DNA of 64,000 bases from Ramazzottius varieornatus (lineage: Eukaryota > Animalia > Tardigrada), in NCBI GenBank assembly GCA_001949185.1, contig BDGG01000001.1, forward strand, positions 4,887,624 through 4,951,623. Reading direction: 5' to 3'. Of the stretch, positions 51,210 through 64,000 are shown piece by piece; position 1 is the stretch's first letter, and each line of letters starts with the position of its first letter. The position numbers were made by a program, and so were the translations under genes. The notes under the pieces were generated by a model. That model made no database searches and was not told the origin of the DNA. It saw only the letters and a program-made list of their open reading frames with translations.

Positions 51210-53724
51210 GGAAAGGTGGCTTTGGTCCGGATGGACGACGAAGATTTTCCTGGTGTGCTGTTCTACTTGGACCAGAAGACCCTGGACGGCTTGCAGAATG
51301 ACTGTGCACGTCGAGGAAAGAACAACTACCCGAGAAAGATATTCGCTGCCTTGTTGGGTATAGAAGGCATGTGCTTCTTGAGAGAACGGCGAATGGAAAA
51401 TCAAGCACTGTTCGGCGGGAAAACCACTTTCGGCGATAAGTGTGCAGAGATCCTTTTCACCCAGGGTTTCTTTGATACTATCCGCGGTACGCCAGTTGTG
51501 AAAGTTTTTCCACCGGATCAATAGTTGATTTCAGTTACTAGTCTGAAATAGATCGGAATCTACAGTATTCGTGCAGTAATTATCCACAGTGGTTTTCGGT
51601 TGCAGTGCATTTGGCGCGGTACAAAATTCCAGTCGGCTTGATGGAAATACGTACGATGGTCAGTGATTTTGTTTCCACAATGTCTAATATCGATATTGCC
51701 CTTCTTGAGGTCAAAGGCTACTCAGATATGGTGATTAAAAAATTTTTGACAGATGAGCGATAACTGGGGCGTCGGCACGAAAATCCACCAGAACGTTTTC
51801 CGTGAGTGGCGCACGCTCGCAGCCAAGAATGGTGGAAACATGCGCCACTTGAGGTGACGATTTGGCCGGAATCTTTTGCCGATGTCCCGAGTTCAGTTTC
51901 ACTGATTCATATTTTGGATCGATCCTTTCCCGAGAAGGTCCGCTCCTCGAGCACTGCGATGTACAGCAGCACGAGCAGCCCCACAGTTGTGATGGACGTG
52001 ATTGACTTCGAAGTTATCGCCAATAGACAGTCGGGTCAGCAAGAAACCATAACGATTGACAGCAAGGACATTGGAGAAATGGACGATGGTGCACTGCTGA
52101 GTCCAACGAGCCCGACTGAAAATCGAGTACCCACGCCGGTGGTATACAGGTCCATCGTCAAGCGTATTTTCCCACCTCGCTCCTCCGTCAGCGTACCTCG
52201 CAGCCCTGAAATCACTGTATCGGAAGTGCGAGCTGACAGACCGAAGAGGCACTCTAGGAACCCGAATGTGGAAATCTACAAGGAGCCAGCTTGGTCTTCG
52301 GAAGACGAACAAGAAGAACACAAGTCTGATGAAGAATATCAATGTGAGGAAAACACGGAAACGGAAGGAGAAGACGGTGACGATAGCATCATGGGGTTAC
52401 CGCAAATCCGGTTAGACCGGAAGGGAAGATGGTCGTTTCAAAAGAATCCTCTCGGACGGAGGCTAGAGATACGGTGCTGAAATTTCCTCCTCCAGCTGGC
52501 GTCGTTCTCGTAGCGCCATTCTCCGTAGTGAAGATCTTCAATACCCTCAGTGACAATGGTGACCAATCCGTTCTACCGCCGTTGCTCAACTGTCAGACAC
52601 TGGCAGATGGGAAGGTCCCATTAAAGACGGAGGGTGTCGATGGCAGAAACTTGTACCTGGACCGGAAGGAGATGGACAGTTGCCGGTCTGACTGCGACAA
52701 CTCGCAGTCTGTCTCCATCGAGCGACTGGCCAACGCATTGCTTGGACTTGAAGGCTGGAATCTTATCATGCAAAATCATCTTCGAAAATCTGTAAATCGA
52801 AGCATCTCCGGCCAGCCCATGGATTTGCTGTCAGAAGAGTTCCTCATTCTTCTCCAACGTAAGAAATGTCCGGCGAGTGTGCGGATTCTGTTTTTCAGTG
52901 TTAAACAAACTCAGCCAGATCCTGTTCCCAAGTGGCGCATGTTTTCACATTTATTGGCTGTTGGCATGCGCTAACCGAAAAATCTGGTTGAATTTGTCTG
53001 GCGAGCTTCCATTTCTAGCAAGTTTTTGGAAAGAAAGGCAACGATTATTTCTTGTTTTAGGCCATATAAAAGACACCGGTCTGCCCATGTTGGCAGTGGA
53101 TATCCGTAACAGTATCTTGAATCGGTGTACTTCCTTGGCTCGACATAGACCGTCCCTGGGAGAGGCAAAATATCCTGCTCACATGGGCTCGAAGAATGGT
53201 CTGTAGTTCTGCTCGTTTCTCAGCGTGCGCGGGCTTCGGTAGTGAAAGATCCGTCAGCTATATTAATTACCTCCTGACTCCAATAAGGTGCCTCTGAGGG
53301 CGATATTTGAGTTAGTTACGTCTTCGCTTTCTTCCGTTTCGACAGACTGTTTTTTCCTGAGTCCTGACCTCTTCACGGCCAATTATTCCGACATACTTTG
53401 CTCGTTCATTCTTGTCATAAAAAATATGAAGATAAACTGGACCTTCTACCGCTGGTTGGGCAACAAATCAGCACTGAGCAAAGCTTTTCAGAAAGGCGGG
53501 GCCAAACTGCACCGCGTGGTGCGGGCATCGGGAAAAAACAGGATGTTTCGACCAACCAAAACACTCGTCTAACCGCAGGAGAGTCTGCCGATTGGTTACA
53601 ATGTGACTACTTTCTTCCCAATGATCAATAAACTTTTTTCCGTCAAAGTTCACAGATACTAAAACCGTAAAAAAAGCGCATTGTTTATCGCCAGGCTCCA
53701 GCTATAAAGAATCCAACGAAGGCA

Positions 53725-54953
53725 TTAACTAGAACTCGAAGTCGAGTCTTCCGGATGCTCTGACTCGATTTCCTGCGCGGTACCAGCATCACCTTGTTTC
53801 CCAGCTTCCGTGTTCAGGACGAAACCTTTCCGCTGCGGGATGGAATTTTTCAGTGCAACCTCCCAAGAGCCAGTCTCGTGCAGCTTCATAAGAATCTCGT
53901 ACACCTGGTTGAGGGTCAGGATAGTGCTACTACCATGTGGGACGATCCTCTTCATGTGCTCTTTGATGGGAAGGCGGACAGTCTGACAGCCAATGCCTTC
54001 TGCTCTGTCCATACTGGCTCTGGTCTTTGGTGACCCATCCACCAAGCCTCCAATGACGTAGACTTTCGCTGGGTCGATCTTTTCTAACACATTAGGTGAA
54101 TCAGGCGAACAGTAAACGATGTCTTCTTTCGCGAAAACCTTCTCGAGAGGCTCTTCGTGGGTCCGAATCTGTAACGACAAATCAGTATCAACCTAACTCG
54201 CGCATAACGTCAACCTCCTCTTACCGAAACGGCATATTGACACTGCAAAGTGCAAAAATCCGCCACCTTCATGACGTCACAAGCCACTTGGGACCCATAA
54301 CAAAAAACACTATTACTATGGCATTCCGGTCAAACCTTTTACGCGATCTTCAGCTTGTGCTCACCTTGTAGTGTTCGAAGCCAGAGCATCGTTTCAGGAC
54401 TTCGTCGTACAGCGTTGTTCCTTTAACGAAGCTGCACAGGTTGAGGCAGAAAGGATTGGCAAATTTCTTGTTGGACGAATACATGTAGCAAATTTGACTG
54501 GCCAGCTGCCCAATCTCTTTCGGCGACATGATGTCCACAAAGCTCATATCCACCACTAGCTTCACACCGTTCGTCAGGGCATTGCTGAGCTTCTCGAGGA
54601 TACGGCGGCGCGCGACTTTGTTCGAAGGAATTTCTTCACCGGGCATCGTCATCTGCTGATTAAGACGCCGCCGAGCAGCTAACTTCTTCCGTTTTCGTTG
54701 TTCTTTCTCGTCTGGCCTCCGTTGTTTCAAAAGCTCAGCACGCTTCTTGAACTTTAGTTCCTTCTTGAGAGCGTTCTTTGATAACACAGGTTTCCTTGTG
54801 GCTTCCGGTTGGGCATCGGCATGTCCAGTGCTCAAAGTCTCGCTCGCCGGAAGTGCCTCACTGCCATCAGCTGCACCCACGCAATCCACAGCCGACTCGG
54901 CCAGATATGAATCCTTTGAGGCGTTCATTTCCTTCGCTTCTTCGCAGTCCACC
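53725..54953 (-). CDS. TRMT10B: tRNA m1G9/m1A9 methyltransferase, TRMT10B-like (first exon not located)
   Basis: LVVDMSF…MSPKEIGQLASQI…YSSNKK, YCSPDS…VYVIGGLVD, RLPI and LTLNQV SPOUT motifs; intron ~54171-54366; acceptor with TACTAAC branch point upstream of 54953. Confidence 0.85.
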
Positions 54954-55234
54954 TGCAACCAAGCAGAGTACAGTCGTTAGTAGGACTCCGAACTTCGGAA
55001 GGATGATGAACAGGACAATTTGCAACAGTGGACTTGAACACTGATGACCTAAACAAAATTGAAATTAAAACCGTGCTCCTGCAACTCCTCAGACTCCCTG
55101 TTTTACTGCAGCAGGTTCGCTTGATTGTTGATTCAATCTGTAATCCACGGAGCCGATCAACAATCAAGCGAGAATACTTCAGTGAGACTGTGAAAGGGGG
55201 TTTGAGAGGTTCTGACGTCTGCATGGATGGCGCC

Positions 55235-55242
55235 TATATAAA
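55235..55242 (+). promoter_or_regulatory. Candidate TATA box
   Basis: cgccTATATAAAg about 180-280 bp upstream of the RGG-rich ORF start codons. Confidence 0.45.
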
Positions 55243-55412
55243 GTCTGCCGACCAGCCCCTGGAAGTAAACAGTGACAACGGGGATTGGAAGAACTTTGCT
55301 ATTTGTATAGTTCTTCCAGAAAGTCTTGGATCATCCTGTTCTCGCCAAAGCATGCTCAAAAACTGTCCATCAAACTCCTTCACTGGCGATCAGTAGCGCA
55401 TGACACGCCTAC

Positions 55413-56276
55413 ATGTCTCTGAGAGCGCTTCCGCGCTCTTTGCACTCACGGCTTCGTGACAAATGGACAGATGACCGGACATGGGAAGTAACCAAATGCT
55501 ATTTTCAGACTATGAATTTTTCCTTCAACATATTTGGAGGAATGAGTGGAGCCTATGCTCCTTACCAAATGCCAGGGCTGACCACGGGATTTCCTATGGG
55601 TTTCCCGCTGGGTTCTCCGTTTGGCTTGTCCCTCAGTCACTCAATGGGTATGCCTCTGCTGGGAACTCTCGCTCAACCGAGATTAACAGCCGATGAGTGG
55701 CTGATTCTACAGGGGATGACAGCGAGCCAACTAGTCACTGCAGCAACCCAACCAGCTGTTCCATCCATCAGCCCTGGCGCTCCGGCCATTCAGCCGTCCA
55801 ACCATCGTGTCCCTCAAGCCAGCTGCTACCATGCTTCAGCGGCTACCAGCAGCCCCGTCAGTACGAGTCGACTGGATGTGAAGATCAATTTGGGGTCGAT
55901 CAGCCCACCGCGCAAGCCCTTCGATCACCGTCGCCTCGGCAGTCAACCGCCTCACAAACATAACTCAAACAGAAACCGAGGTCGAGACTACGGTGGGTGT
56001 GGCGATGCTCGTGGCCGCTCTGACGAACGCGATGGTGGTCGTAGAGGCGGTCATGGCGCTGGACGGGGCGGTGAACGTGGCGGTCGTGGACAACGAGGAA
56101 ATAGCGTTGGAAGCGGTGGGCACCAGGGAAGTGGACGTGATAGTGGCGGACAAGGGCTAAGCCGCCCCGGGGACTATGAAGGAGGATGGCCGACGAACGA
56201 CAACCAAGACTTCGACTCGCCCAGCCAGGCGGATCAAGCTCCCGTCGGTACTGCCAGATTCGGAGGGCGATCCTAA
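55413..56276 (+). CDS. Low-complexity protein: G/M/P/F-rich N-terminus, RG/RGG-rich C-terminus
   Basis: 287-aa uninterrupted ORF (alternative ATG 55512 after an ttttcag acceptor); RGRDYGG…RRGGHGAGRGGERGGRGQRG; upstream TATA. Confidence 0.55.
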   Translation: MSLRALPRSLHSRLRDKWTDDRTWEVTKCYFQTMNFSFNIFGGMSGAYAPYQMPGLTTGFPMGFPLGSPFGLSLSHSMGMPLLGTLAQPRLTADEWLILQGMTASQLVTAATQPAVPSISPGAPAIQPSNHRVPQASCYHASAATSSPVSTSRLDVKINLGSISPPRKPFDHRRLGSQPPHKHNSNRNRGRDYGGCGDARGRSDERDGGRRGGHGAGRGGERGGRGQRGNSVGSGGHQGSGRDSGGQGLSRPGDYEGGWPTNDNQDFDSPSQADQAPVGTARFGGRS

Positions 56277-56887
56277 GTTGGCGGAGAAGACCCTCGCGAC
56301 GGACAGCAAAGACCCAACCACACGTGGACCAGCTCGAGCATCAAACCGGGAACGACGGAGCCAGTCGGACATGTAAACAGACGAGTGAGCACCTGGACGA
56401 AGGCGGAGAGAACGTTCAATCATTCCTTGCTTAGTGGTTTGCTCTCCCTGCTATGGTTGTGCGAGTTTTCCACCTCTTCTCTGGTGCCTGATCTCGTATT
56501 GTAATTTCTATGTGCCGAATCTTCTGAAGTTAGTTTTGATCGCTTCCGCTTGCCAAAGCTGTTATTACTGTATTTTTATGTTTTGTTATCCTTTGACGAT
56601 CGAGGAAGCCGTCAACTGTGTAAAGGCAAATACCTTCACGTCGATAGGCAAAGTACTAGGACCTGAATGTTGGCGAATTAAGCAAATCAATGGGGAATGT
56701 TTGGGGGGAGGGGGAGAGTTTTACTCTATAAAAGTAGACATTGCGTAAAAGTCAGACTGAGGTAGGATCTTCCTCGTTCAAGTCGAGGATCATTTCTTAA
56801 ATACCAAAAAATACACGACATACAAAAGGTTGGACGAACGATAAGACATAATAGAGTCATCGACATATGATACTGAGATGGCTATAA

Positions 56888-56934
56888 AATCATCGGTGAA
56901 ATCACCGGTGAGATCACCGGTAAAATCACCGATG
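56888..56934. repeat. 12-bp minisatellite with ACCGGT palindromic core
   Basis: aaatcatcggtg aaatcaccggtg agatcaccggta aaatcaccgatg. Confidence 0.7.
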
Positions 56935-57285
56935 ATGCAATAAGTGCGGAGATGACTGTAGGTACTCTACAACTGGATTGTCGAGGCTCAATAAATCTTT
57001 CTATGTATGGGCCCTTAGGATCAGGGCCGGCATGTATCAAGCTTGGCACATGACATCGTGCGCCACAGTCGCTTACGCACTGTAAATAAGCCTAAGCCAG
57101 TATGATCATGATATTACTTTGATACGTTCAACACAGGCCGCGTCGGCCCCGCTCAGGATGGCCTAATTGACGCGCTCCTTATTAGCAATCACAATCCTGC
57201 ATGATAATAAACTCACAACAGCCCCCAAGTGCCCACCTGCGAAGTGCGCCTCCTGTTGTGAGGGGGTGGTCGAAAGACTTTATAT

Positions 57286-57873
57286 TAAGTTTGTAAATTC
57301 CAGGCCGAATACCCTTGGTGTGGAAAATAGGAAAGGAATTCCTAATATTCCTATATTCCTATTTCCTTCTCCAGAAGGTCCTCGCAAAAATCTGGATTTC
57401 CAAAATCCCATTTGCCAGTTTAGTTCTTTTTACATACCCTTCTTAACAGTAACCATGATCTGAAGTTATCAACAAATAATGGTTTTGAGTCTGAAAGCCA
57501 GCTAGAGATTTTCCGATCCGAACTTTCGGTCTTGTCGGACCTGAAAGTCCAAGAGAAAATCGAGGACTTACGCACAGTTGAGGGCGCCGCGTACTTTAGT
57601 GCGACGGATCGTAAAATGCTATTGGTCGTACAACTGAACGACCAATTAGCCTCAGTGGTACGCATGTGTGAGCCAGCATCGGGTTCAGTTTTTCGACAGG
57701 ATCTGCTGGATCTTCGACTGTTTACCTCGTGGAATTCCTAAATTTCCTCCGATTTTTGCTAGTTTTCCAAATAGGAATTCCACCGTTCCAAACGGCTACC
57801 CCTCGGAACGGAACGGAATTCCAGGAATGGAACGGAATTTGGAAAGGAATGGATTTAGGAATTTACAACCTTA
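57286..57873 (+). mobile_element. hAT-like non-autonomous element, copy 2
   Basis: taagtttgtaaattcc … ggaatttacaacctta; flanks ctttatat / cttatata; carries ~95 bp absent from copy 1. Confidence 0.8.
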
Positions 57874-58169
57874 CTTATATAGGCCCCATCCATGGACTTG
57901 TGATTTCTGAAATCTGAACCCGAACACTGAACCGGCTAGAACGCCAAACGGCTAAAGTCGCTAAACCGAACGGTCCGAACTTTCCTTGCTCTCCTGGATT
58001 TTATTTGTTACTCCTCATCATTTCTCGGCGGCTCACCCTTATCGGAGCCTTCACGTTGCTGTCTGTCTGAAACGCAGGACGCGACGAAGAGGTGCTCGAA
58101 GTGTCTGGAAGAGTGAACAATTGGATATTTCACAGCTGAGGTGCGAGTGAGCTGTGGGAGCAGCCCAGA

Positions 58170-59601
58170 ATGCAGAAGTCCATCTCGCGGGATATTTTCG
58201 AAGGAGCGAAAGATGCGGACATACTGTCCTTTTTTGGTATGGATTCTAACAGGTCGACAGGTGTTTCTGGTAAGTTTCAGTTGTGCCAAAGACGCTTTCG
58301 TTTCAGACAGCCATCCTTTCAATGCGCTTGATCTGTTCACAAGTTACTTATGTCGTCGGAACTCCTCATCTGCAAGTCTACGGTTGGAATCTCTGTTTTA
58401 ATAATATTGCGAGTTATTCTGCGTTTTTCATGCCTGTTCTTCTCACGTATCTTTCAGGACATTCGTACACTTCTTATGTCTGGAACATGATTCCGTATAC
58501 TGGAAGAAGCGTCTTGGGACTAATACCGAGGAGACCAGGTAAGACATCAGTATTGCTGTACTGTTCGCGTATGACGTCAGGACGCTGCGGCACATTAACA
58601 GCCATCTGTTCCGTTACGTCATGAGCCACTTAAGCGGAATTTCAACTGTAAGCTATTTGTATAGAACTTTCAGTCGGGATTTCCAGGTGGGCTTTCCTCG
58701 ACTTCACGGATGACTTCTTTGGATGGGACAATGACAAGCCGATGCTTATCTCTGAGCATATACTGGAAAAGATATCGCAGTCTGCGTCTTCAAATAACAC
58801 TTCTGGCGATCACCTCGTCGCCATCGACTCCACGACTAGCCTTCTCCTGAGTCTTTCCGTGACGGAACTTGCCTCCCTCCTCGCCCGAATCCCCAAAGTA
58901 ATATCCGGTATGCTTTGATGTTTGGTGATGCCTGTAGGCTCATTGGTTCTTCGTCGATATGCTCTGACTAACTTCTTTCCTTAGATCGTGGGAAGCCGGA
59001 CTGTCGGAGTTCCATTGTCCTTCTGCATCACGCCGATCTGTTCGACCATCAGGCAGAACGAGTTTTAAGGGCTCTTAGTTCTTCCTGCATTACTTTAACA
59101 TCCGTCGGCTTCAGCAAGTCAGAACAGCAAGAGTGTATCTGCCAAGTCCACCATCAGCAGCACCAAGAGTCCTTCAAAAAGCAGGTTTGTCTCTTTCTTT
59201 CCGTTCCGTAATCCGGGTATCAAGCAAATCCGCCTTGTAAGTTTCGTCTCGTTCACAGGTCGAACGGATCACTATAAGTAAGCACTGGAAGACTTCTTTC
59301 GACCTGGTCAGTGGCTCGCGGGGACTTTCTTCAGGCAAAGCTGCGATATCGCAACGAGATTCTGAGGTGAACTGGAGAGTAGGACCGTGTGGAACTTTCG
59401 GATTGAAGTTTAATACTGATTTTTGTGACTTTCTATTCGCAGACGGACCCCACTGGAAAGCTGTCTTTCAACTTACAACTCAAAGACAGTGAAAAAGTAG
59501 CCAGGAGCCAAGTTCAATTGCCGCACACGAAAGGTGGCAGAGTTATTTATTACGAGCCCGACGAAGCTGATGATATTGATTACGAAGACCCCGACGAATA
59601 G
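58170..59601 (+). CDS. ELP5: Elongator complex protein 5
   Basis: Not in the ORF track (short exons). Internal FLDFTDDFFGWD and C-terminal DPTGKLSFNLQLKDSEKVARSQVQLPH…IYYEPDEADDIDYEDPDE* match the ELP5 signature. Confidence 0.8.
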
Positions 59602-59780
59602 AAACGAAACTATTTCTTTCACTTTCGTCATGTTTTGCGTTTTAGTACAGTCGAAAGCTGATGTCTCGATTCGTCTTACAACTGCTCGCACAACCAAACG
59701 TGGACAAATTATACAATGCCTTCTTTCAAGCATATTCGATACACAAAATTTGTAGTTAAAACTGCAAAGCCCATATTCAT

Positions 59781-62274
<2,494 letters not shown>

Positions 62275-63170
62275 CTTGCTTGTGTTGGGATGCGGAAGAT
62301 GGAGGATGACTATACAGATCGGAGTAAAAGAGGAGGCTTCGGAAGATGGGCAAAGAAGCTGGAACTGCGTGTGTCTTTTCGCCGTGATCGCCCTGCAAAG
62401 ATCTTACCGTATTCTGCTGAATGTAGGACCGGGCCACGTGGTATTTGTCCTTCTGTTCAGTAGGCGTTTAGGCACGTGGTACGGTGTGTAGGCAGCTAGA
62501 TACTAAAGAACGTGGACAGAACGCAAGGAGCGATTTGGAACGCCCACATAGCCACTGATGGCAGGCTGAAAGGTGCCACAAACTCACGATCAAATTTCTT
62601 GATTGAACAGTTCAACAATCAATCGTCCGCACTGGAAGTGGCGGGGGTTTCGAAGGGTTACCAAAACCAGTAAAAATTCAATCTGTATTCAACGACTTGC
62701 TGGACCTCTAGCTTGTAAGGAACTCAGCGTCTTTTGACAGCTTCGTTTTGTTCTCTGTTCTTTAGTTTTCTCGAAAAGCTTCGAGACCTTGCCTCTTATA
62801 CTCGAACTCTTTCATTTGTGTGGCCAATTTTCATTCTTCGACCTGCAACTGGTTAAGCGCTCATCCGCGCGTTTGCAGTCTTTGGCGGTCTCACCATCTT
62901 CCGGGTATTCGGTATCGCAATGCGGAACAGATACGGTACATTACTTTGTGGAATCTGCAACCTCCGAACCTACAGATTTATTGCAAAGTCGATGCTGAAG
63001 GCAAAATGCGCAGTTTTCAAGCAGGCTCGACGGCGCAGCTCAATCAGCATTTTATTGTATTTCAGGCGAAGGCGATTTGAATTGGCACAGTAACGTCACT
63101 ACATCTCGAAATGGGTCGGCTCACGCCCATTTCCATCATTTCTAGGATGGCGATGGGGCATAGGACCAAC

Positions 63171-63821
63171 TTATCCGATGGCACTTCCGTGGCCCATGGC
63201 ATTTCCGGTCGAGTCCTGCCATGCCATGTTGTTGGTAATGGCTTTACCTTGTCCATGTGGACTCGCTACACGTGTATTGGCATCTCCTCCGCCGAAGACT
63301 CCACGACGGTTGGCACCTGCCGGTCGAACCCAGTCCACGTAAGTGTTAAGTCAAGTTTGATTCCCCAAAACTCCTGACTTACCTCCAACCGAGCTTCCGA
63401 ATGCTTTACCGTTTCCAATAGTATTCGAACTACCAATGGAGTTGGACTGCTTGATACCTGGAGCGCTCATACCGAATCCCATACTGACAGTGTCGGCGAA
63501 ATTGACGGGGTTCCTCAGGTTATGCGGATCATGAGCCACCGACATGGAAATTCCTCCACCTTGTGCTGTACTGTTTGCCGCCGTAGTCGGACTGATGTAC
63601 TTCGACAGATGGTAATGCAAACAGTTAAAACCAGGAGAGTAGATTTCAGGTTTTCCATTGCTAATTGTATCTTCTAGGAGAGGTAAACCAAGTAGGATGT
63701 CTGGACTTTTTGACGAAGAAACAAAACTACGGTACGGGCAATGAACGGATTCGAAGACTGGTGGTATAGAATATTGCTGATAAAGTACTGGTAACGTGCT
63801 GACTTCACTAGTTTTGGTCAT
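63171..63821 (-). CDS. Gly/Ser/Ala/Asn-rich protein of unknown function, 3' exons (5' end uncertain)
   Basis: ORF 63351-63821 splices at GGAG|gtaagt (~63381) to cag|GTGCC (~63316), giving GANRRGVFGGGDAN…GNAMGHGSAIG* with stop at 63171-73. Confidence 0.45.
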
Positions 63822-64000
63822 CGAGAGCTATTTTGCCGGAAGATATTGGGTTCGTTCGATGGCAGTGCATGCACGATATGTCCTTGGGCTATACTCGGAG
63901 TCTGCGGAGACTCGAGTTAATATAGTGTTCAAGTTGCCACTCCCGTTCACTTTGCAACTGTAGCTACGGCCTTGCTCCGCCCCTTTCGCGACGTGTAACT

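Larger units (their letters stand above)
45116..53206 (+). pseudogene. Decayed multi-exon gene with six repeats of a BEN-like helical domain
   Basis: Six homologous ~130-aa units (P-x-L-x-C-[QE]…K[VT]xL…Y[IL]D…Y…[LI][LF]xxLLG…L[FL][ST]xxF…|xH[ML]…[IL]R). In-frame stops at 45218 and 47924, apparent frameshifts near 48490, 49815 and 52450, and an exonic MITE. The BEN assignment is by pattern resemblance only. Confidence 0.6.

Overview
Gene-dense eukaryotic (invertebrate animal) genomic window with short GT-AG introns. The compactness and gene set suggest an ecdysozoan such as a tardigrade (inference only). Recognisable host genes: 5' part of a polycystin-1/REJ-like receptor, a 4-TM MS4A-like protein, exocyst Sec10/EXOC5, a neprilysin (M13), ESRP/fusilli, a GT31 beta-1,3-galactosyltransferase, a BTB-BACK protein, adiponectin receptor (PAQR), TRMT10B-like methyltransferase, ELP5 and ATP synthase F1 alpha. 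Mobile DNA: two defective pogo-superfamily transposons (one Tc4/Tc5-like with TTA target duplication, one psq/CENP-B-DDE type nested inside a MITE) plus many MITEs with TA, TNA, TTAA or 8-bp target duplications. Three unusual signals stand out. (1) About 15 copies of an ~85-bp palindromic unit (…AGATCGTTTTYTCAAGTGGCGCA-N26/27-TGCGCCACTTGARAAAACGATCT…) with conserved arms and a near-fixed-length but divergent spacer, all clear copies lying in inferred introns of four unrelated genes. (2) A second such family (AGAAACCRAGG-N29-CCTYGGTTTCT) shared by an ATP synthase intron and transposon subterminal repeats. (3) An 8-kb decayed gene built from six repeats of a BEN-like helical domain, each cut by a phase-1 intron at the same position. 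Exon boundaries were read by eye and are approximate.
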